This document shows, in pieces, positions 1-7,724 of a stretch of 55,316 bases of DNA. This DNA is from a virus. Lineage: Duplodnaviria; Caudoviricetes. Position 1 is the stretch's first letter. Each line of letters starts with the position of its first letter. Position numbers and translations under genes: made by a program. The notes beneath the pieces are model-generated. The model made no database searches, had not been told where the DNA came from, and saw nothing but the letters and a program-made list of their open reading frames with translations. Where the stretch lies: IMG/VR virus record IMGVR_UViG_3300037575_000020, positions 1 through 55,316 of that record; one strand, given 5' to 3'.

Positions 1-128
1 ACCGTTATTATTGCCGCGTACAAGTAGCAGATACCGTTATTAATCGTAAGCTATCGTGTAATAGACAATAAAAAACCCTTGTAGCGCGTGGCATACAAAG
101 GATTATCGGTAATTAAAATTATATTTGA

Positions 129-151
129 TGGTGCGCCCACCAAGACTCGAA
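129..151. repeat. att core, left junction (TGGTGCGCCCACCAAGACTCGAA), displaced tRNA 3' fragment
   Basis: Exact 23-bp match to 55199-55221. Confidence 0.95.
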
Positions 152-197
152 TTTATAATGTAAGCCACTGATAAGCATAATGTTATTATTTTTATCA

Positions 198-227
198 GTG
201 GATGATACCTTATCGGATACCTTTATT
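198..227. promoter_or_regulatory. Putative integrase arm-type binding sites (tandem ATACCT, 12-bp period)
   Basis: ATACCT at 205 and 217 followed by TTATT; the same arrangement occurs at 55056 and 55068 inside the other att end. Confidence 0.6.
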
Positions 228-241
228 AATAAAAGTGAAGG

Positions 242-460
242 CTAATTATTGGCTGATTGGGTCCCAATATTAGGATCAACACTATTATCTTTCTTAGCGC
301 CCACAATAGCATCAATTGTTGATTTTAACCACTTGTTTGGGCTGCCCGGTAAATCAGGATCAGGAAGAAAGCCAGAATTACGCTTGCGGTACACAGTCGT
401 GTCAGACTTCCATCTAAAAATATTCTTGATCTCGTCTGTTGTATAATAGATACCTGTCAT
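242..460 (-). CDS. Excisionase / AlpA-like winged-helix recombination directionality factor
   Basis: 72 aa with the pattern YTTDEI..F...S..TVYR....G.LP.P.....KW; adjacent to att; GAGGT RBS. Confidence 0.75.
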   Translation of the reverse strand: MTGIYYTTDEIKNIFRWKSDTTVYRKRNSGFLPDPDLPGSPNKWLKSTIDAIVGAKKDNSVDPNIGTQSANN

Positions 461-490
461 AGTGTTACCTCACTTTTATTTGTCTTTGGG

Positions 491-694
491 CTAAGCGTGT
501 ATGTCATACTCAGTTAATATTGCTGGCTTGCCGTCCAGCTTTGAAACCGCAGGGTATAACTCAAATGCGACTTCACTATTTTTGACGATGTACCAGGCGC
601 TATGATCTAACGCCTTGTAAATTTGGATACCATCGTTATCACCTTGCAACTCAACTTCATTGCCGCGTATTTCTTTGATTAAATCTTTAAGCAT
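491..694 (-). CDS. Hypothetical phage protein
   Basis: 67-aa ORF in the early-left operon, AGGAG RBS, overlaps the upstream stop. Confidence 0.7.
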   Translation of the reverse strand: MLKDLIKEIRGNEVELQGDNDGIQIYKALDHSAWYIVKNSEVAFELYPAVSKLDGKPAILTEYDIHA

Positions 695-1655
695 GAAAAA
701 CTCCTATGTTGAAATGCTTGACGCACCAGGCTTTAGCGTCCTCTACCGTGTCAAAGTAACCATCATCAACAACACGATCGTCTGATTTTTTAATCGCAAT
801 GTAGGGCGCTGGTGCGTCGGGTCTTGAGCAAATATGATAGCTATCACCATTATCAATCTCCGCTATAGCTGGCAGGCCGTATTGCTCATGCCGCCAATTC
901 AATAACCGAATGTCTTTTATGGCTTGCTGGCAAGCTTTAATTAAGTAAGGCCTGTCTTTGATATTGTCGAATACCCAATCAAAATACTCGCGATCTTTAG
1001 CGTGACAAGCTACTTCTTTTATAACCTTGCCTTTGTGTTTGCCAAAATCAAAGATGATAGGCGTTCTGGCTTCCTCGCTGGCAAGATGCAAATCGTGCAT
1101 ATTAGTAATGCCGCTAATTTCACATAGATGCTCAAGCAACCAACGAGTGAACGTGACATCCCAGCCAGCATGATGAGCTTTGCGACAATACTCCCTAGCG
1201 CGATCAGGGTAAAGGTAGTACATGAGCGCACCGAGCGAATAACTGTCAACATCAGGTAGTAATTTACGCGCCAGTGCTTGTGTGCAGATACCTTTATATT
1301 GGCTAATATCGACACCAGCATTAGCAGCGACTTGGATGTCGAAATTCACGTTATGCCCGATAATGTAAGCTTCACCTTCAGGCAAATGCAGCGGCACTAT
1401 CTCTTTATGGTTTGGTGCTTCCGTTAAATCCCATTGCCCTATATGTGAAACAGCCATGGCCCCAAAACTTATAGGACGATCAGGTTGACAGTAGAGTTTT
1501 GAAGAAGCCACTAAGTCACCAAAAATACCAGCGTGCCTACTGAATAGTTGACCGCTTTCATGAAAAGACACTTCGTCATACCCAAGCTGTGTTGCTTCCG
1601 CTTCTTTACTCACGTCGGTTGCTTCAAAATCTATAATTAGTGCTGGCAGGTTCAT
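687..1655 (-). CDS. DEDDh 3'-5' exonuclease, exodeoxyribonuclease X-like
   Basis: IIDFEAT (ExoI), IIGHNVNFD (ExoII), HHAGWD (ExoIII) and C-terminal FGKHKG motif. Start placed at 1655 by the ATGA overlap with the upstream gene. Confidence 0.85.
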   Translation of the reverse strand: MNLPALIIDFEATDVSKEAEATQLGYDEVSFHESGQLFSRHAGIFGDLVASSKLYCQPDRPISFGAMAVSHIGQWDLTEAPNHKEIVPLHLPEGEAYIIGHNVNFDIQVAANAGVDISQYKGICTQALARKLLPDVDSYSLGALMYYLYPDRAREYCRKAHHAGWDVTFTRWLLEHLCEISGITNMHDLHLASEEARTPIIFDFGKHKGKVIKEVACHAKDREYFDWVFDNIKDRPYLIKACQQAIKDIRLLNWRHEQYGLPAIAEIDNGDSYHICSRPDAPAPYIAIKKSDDRVVDDGYFDTVEDAKAWCVKHFNIGVFHA

Positions 1656-2173
1656 GCTATCTCGTCCCATAAATAGTCGTAATCGTAAGGTTTAACCAAC
1701 CCCATGATTGGCACTTTCTTTTTCTGCTTCGCTTTGAGCGCTTCAACATCAATCTCTTTCGGAAACTTAGTCATGTCTTTTTGTGCTCGAATGATGACGT
1801 AGGACTCTTTCAAGTTCATAAGACCACTACCATTACGTGCTGCATCACATGCCATGTTCGCGGCATCTGGTATCGTCTCGCGACCGCCATAGCTTTGATA
1901 CTCGATAGTCGCGCAATATCGTTTACCGTCGTTCATATAAACGTGTGCCGTCACAACGAACATACGCGGCTCATTCATTATCTTTTTGCGCATCTTGCGG
2001 CTAACCCAATCACCTTCGTACTCAGTGTGAATCCTAACTTCATCACTGGTGAATGAATTGTTGAGGGGAACGCGCATAAAGCCTTCATACATTTCAGGCT
2101 TGCTAGCGCTGGCTTGATTGGCCTTTCTTTGCGCTATCTTCTTGCGCTTGTCGCGGTTTTTAGTCTTTGCCAT
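1652..2173 (-). CDS. Hypothetical phage protein with basic N-terminus
   Basis: 173-aa ORF, AGGAG RBS, in operon. Confidence 0.75.
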   Translation of the reverse strand: MAKTKNRDKRKKIAQRKANQASASKPEMYEGFMRVPLNNSFTSDEVRIHTEYEGDWVSRKMRKKIMNEPRMFVVTAHVYMNDGKRYCATIEYQSYGGRETIPDAANMACDAARNGSGLMNLKESYVIIRAQKDMTKFPKEIDVEALKAKQKKKVPIMGLVKPYDYDYLWDEIA

Positions 2174-2182
2174 AATTAGCTC

Positions 2183-2596
2183 CTATGCGAACATATCCAT
2201 TTGATTATCTGACACATCGTTTTGACTAACTTTTTTCAATGTTTTGAAGATAGCCTGTAAGTCGCTCTGTTCAAGCCATGCGCAATTGGTTAGAAGATTT
2301 ACTTTAACCTTCGACAAGGCGTTATCGACTATATGTATGTTTTTAAGATAATCATTTTTTGATATCAAGTAGTGCTCCTGCTCTTCGCTATGCCAACTAC
2401 TACTAAAATAGCGCCATAAAGAAACTCTGACAGTGGCGTCGTCATAGACATGAAAGTACAGATCGTACTTATAATTAGTGGTTGGGATATGAAGCAACTT
2501 ACTGCCTCTTTGAAAAGGTGGTTTATTGAAGAGTATTAAGTGATTAAAATTCGAGCATTGCGCCAACTGGTCATCGCTGATATCTCTCATAATCAT
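2183..2596 (-). CDS. Hypothetical phage protein
   Basis: 137-aa ORF in operon, preceded by the CTCTACTACGGA motif. Confidence 0.7.
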   Translation of the reverse strand: MIMRDISDDQLAQCSNFNHLILFNKPPFQRGSKLLHIPTTNYKYDLYFHVYDDATVRVSLWRYFSSSWHSEEQEHYLISKNDYLKNIHIVDNALSKVKVNLLTNCAWLEQSDLQAIFKTLKKVSQNDVSDNQMDMFA

Positions 2597-2620
2597 TCTT
2601 CCGTAGTAGAGAAAATAGGG

Positions 2621-2739
2621 TGTTTAGGTAGCAACGCCACTCTAGCGTTACCCTCGCGTCGTCGCCTTGGAGCGCCTGATCTCAGACACGCTCTTTTGAG
2701 CCATCACCTCACCAACTAGCTGATACAAGCTGCCTAAAC
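2621..2739 (-). ncRNA. Candidate structured, multibranched RNA element in the early-left operon
   Basis: Closing stem GUUUAGG/CCUAAAC with several internal hairpins (AGCU/AGCU, UGAG/CUCA, GAGCG/CGCUC, GGUAACGCUA/UGGCGUUGCU). Confidence 0.45.
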
Positions 2740-2757
2740 GATTCATGGTTTGTTTAA

Positions 2758-3189
2758 TTAATACTTTTTGCCACCGTCTTTGATGCGGTTTTCCATCTTG
2801 TGATCTGCACGCTGAGCGTTATAAGCCAGTTTTTCAGCGATAGCGCCGCCTAGGTCGTAACCTTTGCCGCCAGCCAAGTCGCAAATACGGATAACTGCAT
2901 CCGCTAATTCAACTTCCATCATTTTTCGGTGCGGTAGATGATCGTCCATCAAGTCTTTACGATCACCCTCCATTGCCTCGCTAAGCTCACTTACGCACAG
3001 CATTAGCATCTGACCGGTGTTGCGTTTCATACCACTGCCGTCAGCATCGCCTAGGTACTCGCCAGTCTCAGGGCAAGTCCACCAGCCGCCGTTAATACTA
3101 GCTGTGTGGCAAGCATCCTGTAATAGCATTACGGCGTCAGCAAGTGGCTGACCTTTTAAAATAGGGATTAATTCTTTTTGAGAAGTCAT
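2758..3189 (-). CDS. MazG-like all-alpha NTP pyrophosphohydrolase
   Basis: LMLCVSELSEAMEG...EVELADAVIRICDL (ExxE...ExxD metal-binding pattern); ends AEKLAYN..R. Confidence 0.8.
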   Translation of the reverse strand: MTSQKELIPILKGQPLADAVMLLQDACHTASINGGWWTCPETGEYLGDADGSGMKRNTGQMLMLCVSELSEAMEGDRKDLMDDHLPHRKMMEVELADAVIRICDLAGGKGYDLGGAIAEKLAYNAQRADHKMENRIKDGGKKY

Positions 3190-3253
3190 GATATTTACCT
3201 TTAAATTAGAGTAGGGTTGGCAGCTTACGGCTGCAAATCGTTATTCCAAAAAG

Positions 3254-4084
3254 TTAAAACTGACCGTCAAAATGAGTATTAAACGGGATATCGTCATCTA
3301 CTGGACCACTGCCACTCGGTGTTGAATTATTCGCTGGCGCGTTATTGCTCTGCTGATAACCCTGATTACCTTGCTGAGCTGGCGCACCACGCTGATAGGT
3401 GACGCCGTTATTCTGCGGTGCACCTTGATTGCTCATTTGGTTATTAAACTGCTGTGGCGGCTGACCGTTCATAGCAGCTTCGTTCTCAGCCTTCTCTTTA
3501 GACTTTGCGCTGTACTTAATCATTGCTTCCGTCACGGTGTTAAACGCCTCTGGATTGGCTGGCTGACTATTGGCTTTTTCGTGCGGTAGCTGGCGCGAAT
3601 CAGGATCAAAGACGTTGAATAGCTCAGGCGCACCGCGCTTAACTTCAAACTTCGTTTTGTGAAAGTAATATCTATCAGTTAAGAACATACCAACTTTCTT
3701 GCCAGCCAGTTCGGGCGCCACTATACCGTTGACGGTCACGTCTTTTTGCTGATCAAAGTCATATTCTTGGTGCGAGCCTTGTACTTGCGATAAAGATGGG
3801 ACGTTGGCACAAAGCATCATGGCATTGATAATATTTTCGCCTGACCAGCTTTTACCTGATTCGTCAGCGTAAGGGATCTCGATCATAGCGGTTGATTTAT
3901 CAGCGTTCATAATATGAACCGTTAAGTTATGGACAGCCGGACTCATGCGAGTGTTGGTTTTCCATGCTGCGCTTAGGATTTTATAAACATCGCTAGTATC
4001 ACCAGTGATGTAGTTTGACTGACCGACTTTAGCAGCCTTTGATTTGTCCAGTTGCCAAAAGGCTTGTTGTGATTGCTGATTCAT
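3254..4084 (-). CDS. Phage single-stranded DNA-binding protein
   Basis: Q/N/G-rich disordered tail ending DDDIPF(N); directly downstream of the Sak4-type ATPase. Confidence 0.7.
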   Translation of the reverse strand: MNQQSQQAFWQLDKSKAAKVGQSNYITGDTSDVYKILSAAWKTNTRMSPAVHNLTVHIMNADKSTAMIEIPYADESGKSWSGENIINAMMLCANVPSLSQVQGSHQEYDFDQQKDVTVNGIVAPELAGKKVGMFLTDRYYFHKTKFEVKRGAPELFNVFDPDSRQLPHEKANSQPANPEAFNTVTEAMIKYSAKSKEKAENEAAMNGQPPQQFNNQMSNQGAPQNNGVTYQRGAPAQQGNQGYQQSNNAPANNSTPSGSGPVDDDIPFNTHFDGQF

Positions 4085-4105
4085 GGTGTTACTCCTGATT
4101 TAAAA

Positions 4106-4765
4106 TTAAGCCTGTTCTGGCTGTTGATTTTGGTTTTTAGTAATACCGTAGTAGTCGCAAATAGCGTCATCCACAGCGTTAAGGTCATTCGGTATCAGTT
4201 CGGACTGAAACATATCTTCAGGACTTTTAACCGTGTTGAAGCCGTTATTCTTTGTCATAAAGAAATGACCGTCATCACGAAGCGTTGTTTGAAGTACGGT
4301 AGACACAAGGCCTTCTAGTACGATCTTGTCATCTAAAACCTTGCCCATTGTCTTAATACGCTGGCGTCCATTATCTTCTTGGATGTGCGCTAGTATATAA
4401 ACGCGCTTGTCGTTGCTAACGTGATTGATAGCAGTATCAAACACAGAAAAAGCGTTGTAGGACAAAATGTTGTAGCGATCAAAAGCAGCGCCTTTCTCAT
4501 ACTTCTGATTATTGCCACGTATGTACTCAAGGCTCATGATGTATTGAAAGTCATCAATAACGATAATAGGGGCTTTACTTCTAACTAGCGCGTCGCAAAT
4601 CTTGGCAGCGCTATCCGTTGCAAGTTTTTTAAAATCTTTGCCGCCACGAAAAGGTAGTGGTTTATTGACGACGTTGATAACACCAGTTTGGCTTGGGTCT
4701 AAATGCTTTAGGCTATAGGACTTGCCTTCACCGCTATTGCCTAGAATTAAAGTCACGATAGCCAT
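4106..4765 (-). CDS. Sak4-like (AAA_24) ATPase, single-strand annealing recombinase
   Basis: Walker A GNSGEGKS, Walker B IVIDDFQY, ILAH and KT.GK.LD motifs; next to SSB. Confidence 0.82.
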   Translation of the reverse strand: MAIVTLILGNSGEGKSYSLKHLDPSQTGVINVVNKPLPFRGGKDFKKLATDSAAKICDALVRSKAPIIVIDDFQYIMSLEYIRGNNQKYEKGAAFDRYNILSYNAFSVFDTAINHVSNDKRVYILAHIQEDNGRQRIKTMGKVLDDKIVLEGLVSTVLQTTLRDDGHFFMTKNNGFNTVKSPEDMFQSELIPNDLNAVDDAICDYYGITKNQNQQPEQA

Positions 4766-4968
4766 TAGTTACTCTCCTTACTTGGAATCATAAAGTGCGA
4801 GTCAAACTGAGCTAACAAGCACTCGAATTCTTTATTGTGTTTTGCTAGCTCGCTCATACTGACCTGCTTATCAGTTGGCTGGCGAGTCGCTGCAAGCGCC
4901 TGCTCAGCGTGCCAGCGTCGCTCGTCTTCCTGCGACCATTCCCACGCGGCTTGATTAGATTCACTCAT
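4765..4968 (-). CDS. Hypothetical phage protein
   Basis: 67 aa, overlapping starts and stops with both neighbours, GGAGG RBS. Confidence 0.7.
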   Translation of the reverse strand: MSESNQAAWEWSQEDERRWHAEQALAATRQPTDKQVSMSELAKHNKEFECLLAQFDSHFMIPSKESN

Positions 4969-5231
4969 GACTGCCTCCCATACGCCTTAGCGATAACGTC
5001 ATTTGCGTGCCTAGCTGTTTCAGCCTGCTGGCTAGACTCGTACTGATCATCGTTATCAGTAGTCGCATTTTCTTCAAGCCATAGCTTGTGCTCTAAGTGC
5101 GTGCGGTCTTGCGACTCGATGCCAGTATCGATAGCGTTTGCACCAGTCACGATGACTGCGCTGGCGAGTAGGGCGGATATTGCGAGCTTTGCTGTTAGCT
5201 CTATATTGATTTGCTTTATTAGATGTGTCAT
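4965..5231 (-). CDS. Hypothetical protein with N-terminal hydrophobic segment
   Basis: 88 aa, ACGGAG RBS. Confidence 0.7.
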   Translation of the reverse strand: MTHLIKQINIELTAKLAISALLASAVIVTGANAIDTGIESQDRTHLEHKLWLEENATTDNDDQYESSQQAETARHANDVIAKAYGRQS

Positions 5232-5292
5232 AATTTACGGACTCCGTAGTAGAGTGTTATGCCCCATTCAGTTCGTGCTGATTGGGGCTTTT

Positions 5293-5454
5293 CTATGCCT
5301 GATTGTTAAGTGCTTTGATTAAAGCGTCTGCGTGGTTTACTGCGGTTTCTGCCGTCGCGTAGCTGGACTTACCAGTATTGGCGGTGATAAGCGCTTGCAT
5401 GGCAATGGCGGCTAGTTGCTCGCGCTTGGTCAGTTGTTCTGTTTTGTCTGCCAA
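5293..5454 (-). CDS. Small 53-aa first gene of the pL operon (not in the ORF track)
   Basis: TAAGGAG RBS and TTG start; MADKTEQLTKREQLAAIAMQALIT...HADALIKAL resembles the common phage 'LT.R..FAA.AMQ' family. Confidence 0.75.
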   Translation of the reverse strand: MADKTEQLTKREQLAAIAMQALITANTGKSSYATAETAVNHADALIKALNNQA

Positions 5455-5497
5455 AATTGACTCCTTATCTAATTGGGTTAGTTGCTTCCATACATCT

Positions 5498-5551
5498 AAG
5501 GTAACTTAACTTACCTTTTAAGTCAAGAAAGAAAGTAAGAAAGGTTATCAT
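5498..5551 (-). promoter_or_regulatory. pL promoter with OL operators
   Basis: Minus-strand TTGACT-17-TACCTT overlapping the palindrome AAGGTAA-CTTAAC-TTACCTT (5498-5517); a second degenerate site at 5532-5551. Confidence 0.7.
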
Positions 5552-5567
5552 ATTTCTTGTAGACGAT

Positions 5568-5591
5568 AAAAAAGCCACTCAAAGGTGGCTT
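5568..5591 (-). terminator. Intrinsic terminator ending the cI operon
   Basis: AAGCCAC/GTGGCTT stem with a T-run on the minus strand. Confidence 0.65.
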
Positions 5592-5625
5592 GTGTGAACA
5601 AAGAGCTAGGACTTACCTAGTTACA

Positions 5626-6069
5626 TTAGGAGCGTGAGAATAAACACATATCATGAATAACAAAGTTTCCTAGACTGTTGGGGAAGGCTATATTAAAGTC
5701 ATTGGCTGTAAAATACTTATTACGATGACTATCTACCACTCTATTTTGTGCGTCATAAGCATTAAAGACAGGGGTATAGTAAGTGTTGTCATCGCAATTA
5801 ACTATGAAATAGTATTGCATATAGTACCAACCTTTCTTTCTATACTCATGATCGTCGAGATAAGAAAAATGTGCGAACCCTGACATATAATTACCGCCTG
5901 AGTTATCCAGCATGATTTCTTTTTCGTAAGGCTTGATTGAGTCTGTATCTAAATATACCTGAACGTTAGTATCGGTAGATTCAGCCAAGGCCACCCAGTC
6001 TACAGCACTGGCTTTAATGCTTGTGCAAAGACATGAAATTGACAAAAGAAGTCTTAATAGTTTACTCAT
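5626..6069 (-). CDS. Secreted protein, surface-adhesin-E-like, co-transcribed with cI
   Basis: Signal peptide ending ASA, W...........YLDTDSIK motif, VNC...Y and terminal C; starts 2 nt after the cI stop. Confidence 0.6.
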   Translation of the reverse strand: MSKLLRLLLSISCLCTSIKASAVDWVALAESTDTNVQVYLDTDSIKPYEKEIMLDNSGGNYMSGFAHFSYLDDHEYRKKGWYYMQYYFIVNCDDNTYYTPVFNAYDAQNRVVDSHRNKYFTANDFNIAFPNSLGNFVIHDMCLFSRS

Positions 6070-6071
6070 AA

Positions 6072-6770
6072 TTAAACCTTGTTGGATACCCAGTGCACTC
6101 TACCAAACAAATCAAAATGCCCGAAAGTATCACGGGTCACTATTTGGTCAGGGTAAGTCTGCTTATCAGGGTTATCTGATTTCAATAAAACAGTACCGTC
6201 CAAGTTCTTAATAGCACGCTTACAGATCATTTCACCGTCAACATTGAATACATATATCCTGTTATTTACAAAGTTATCAAACTCTCGGTTATTGGTATTT
6301 ACGATAATCAAAGAGGCATTAGGGATGGTGTAACCCATACTATCATTACAGGAGTGCATAACTATCACGCCTTTTCCGTCGATAGGTAGGTCGTTATCTC
6401 GCAAAAACTCAACACTTAGATACTCGGAATGTACGGTAGGGAAGTCTTCATTTGCATAACCAGCACCGCAGCTAGCTTTAATATCTAAATATTCAATTTT
6501 GACTGGCGCGTACTCGGAAGGCTTGCCGATGGCAACAATGTTCGATGGCAGCTCTACAACAGGACTGTCAGCCTTACCATCTACTAAGTAATCAATACTA
6601 CGGTTAAAAACATAAGAAAGCTTATCTAAATATTCATGCTTTGGAGTGTTTTCGTCGTCTTCCCAATTTTTAATTGATGTTTTAGACACACCAATTCTTT
6701 TGCCAAGCGCTTCTCTTGAAAGCTGCTTTTGTTTTCTTAAATTGAATATTCGCTGACCTAGTGTTTCCAT
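6072..6770 (-). CDS. cI: CI-like repressor (XRE HTH plus S24 autopeptidase)
   Basis: N-terminal HTH (LGQRI..LRK...LSREALG..IGVSKTSIKNWE), SCG cleavage site, DSM catalytic Ser, CKR catalytic Lys; divergent from cro. Confidence 0.93.
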   Translation of the reverse strand: METLGQRIFNLRKQKQLSREALGKRIGVSKTSIKNWEDDENTPKHEYLDKLSYVFNRSIDYLVDGKADSPVVELPSNIVAIGKPSEYAPVKIEYLDIKASCGAGYANEDFPTVHSEYLSVEFLRDNDLPIDGKGVIVMHSCNDSMGYTIPNASLIIVNTNNREFDNFVNNRIYVFNVDGEMICKRAIKNLDGTVLLKSDNPDKQTYPDQIVTRDTFGHFDLFGRVHWVSNKV

Positions 6771-6788
6771 TAAACCCTCCTAACCTAT

Positions 6789-6852
6789 AGTAAGTTATCT
6801 TACCAGTTGATAAGGTAAGTTTTCTGTGTTTTAATAGGTAATAAAACTTACT
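6789..6852 (+). promoter_or_regulatory. OR operators and pR promoter
   Basis: Three sites resembling GGTAAG-N4-CTTACC at 6789, 6814 and 6837; TTGATA-17-TTTAAT with a TG extension. Confidence 0.72.
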
Positions 6853-6879
6853 TTAACCGCGACAAAAGGAACTTTTAAA

Positions 6880-7068
6880 GTGACTAAACAAGAAGCTTTA
6901 AGCTATGCCGATGGCTCGGTTGTAAAGCTGGCAGGTATTTTAGGTATTGAGCATCCAGCAGTGTCTCAGTGGAGTGAAGACAAAATACCTGAACTTCGAG
7001 CCTACCAACTTCGAGAAATGTTCGGTGAACCAAAATCAACCGAAAATCAAAGTATCGAACACGCTTAA
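6880..7068 (+). CDS. cro: Cro-like repressor
   Basis: 62 aa, GSVVKLA..LGI...AVSQW...IPE.RAYQL pattern; divergent from cI. Confidence 0.88.
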   Translation: MTKQEALSYADGSVVKLAGILGIEHPAVSQWSEDKIPELRAYQLREMFGEPKSTENQSIEHA

Positions 7069-7092
7069 CCTCTACTACTACGGAGAATAACC

Positions 7093-7722
7093 ATGTCCAC
7101 AAATCAATTATCGCCTGAAAAAATGCACCAGTCACGCAACATGCAATCAGACGTCTTGCACGCTGTTGCAGAAACCAAGCAGGTAAACGTCGCCAAGCAC
7201 TTTGGCGTAGAGTCGAGCACAGTCGGTCGCTGGCTAGATTCAACCAAGCCTGACAGTCAATTAGTACGCTTTTGCGACATGCTTGCCATCTGCGGCCTAA
7301 AAATCGTCGATGCCAATGCGCAATGCTACAACAAAGACAAAATCGACATCCTTTTTCACATCACAAAATACCACTTCCAGAATTTAGAAGCGGTAGACGA
7401 CTTTTTTCAGAACGACGCTGGCATGTCTGATAGTCGTGACGTGCGTTTCAGTCGTGCCGCTGATCTGCCAGATACCAATGCAACTACTGCGTTCGGATGG
7501 GTCGCCAGCCTTTATACCGCAATCAAGCGCTCTATAGTTGCCAAAAACGAGTCTATTAGGCCGTCCGCACTGGTCGCAAGACAAAATATTGAAGCTGAGA
7601 TAGAAGAAGAGCGTCAAGCACTCACTGCTGACGAAGAGAAGCTTTGGAAAATGGTCTACATCCTTGTTCACGCTGTATTGGTACTGGTCGTACTGTCAGC
7701 AATTTATAGATTTTGGGGGTAA
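7093..7722 (+). CDS. CII-like transcription activator with C-terminal extension and hydrophobic tail
   Basis: Position after cro; Q.NVAKHFGVESSTVGRW HTH and ML.ICGLKIV motif typical of CII-like proteins. Confidence 0.7.
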   Translation: MSTNQLSPEKMHQSRNMQSDVLHAVAETKQVNVAKHFGVESSTVGRWLDSTKPDSQLVRFCDMLAICGLKIVDANAQCYNKDKIDILFHITKYHFQNLEAVDDFFQNDAGMSDSRDVRFSRAADLPDTNATTAFGWVASLYTAIKRSIVAKNESIRPSALVARQNIEAEIEEERQALTADEEKLWKMVYILVHAVLVLVVLSAIYRFWG

Positions 7723-7724
7723 TT

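Noticed and set aside
249-446. Plus-strand 65-aa ORF opposite the excisionase
   Set aside because: Antisense shadow of a gene with better motif, RBS and context support.
2648-2746. 32-codon minus-strand ORF (MNRLGSLY...)
   Set aside because: No clear RBS; the region is better explained as structured RNA, though a peptide is not excluded.
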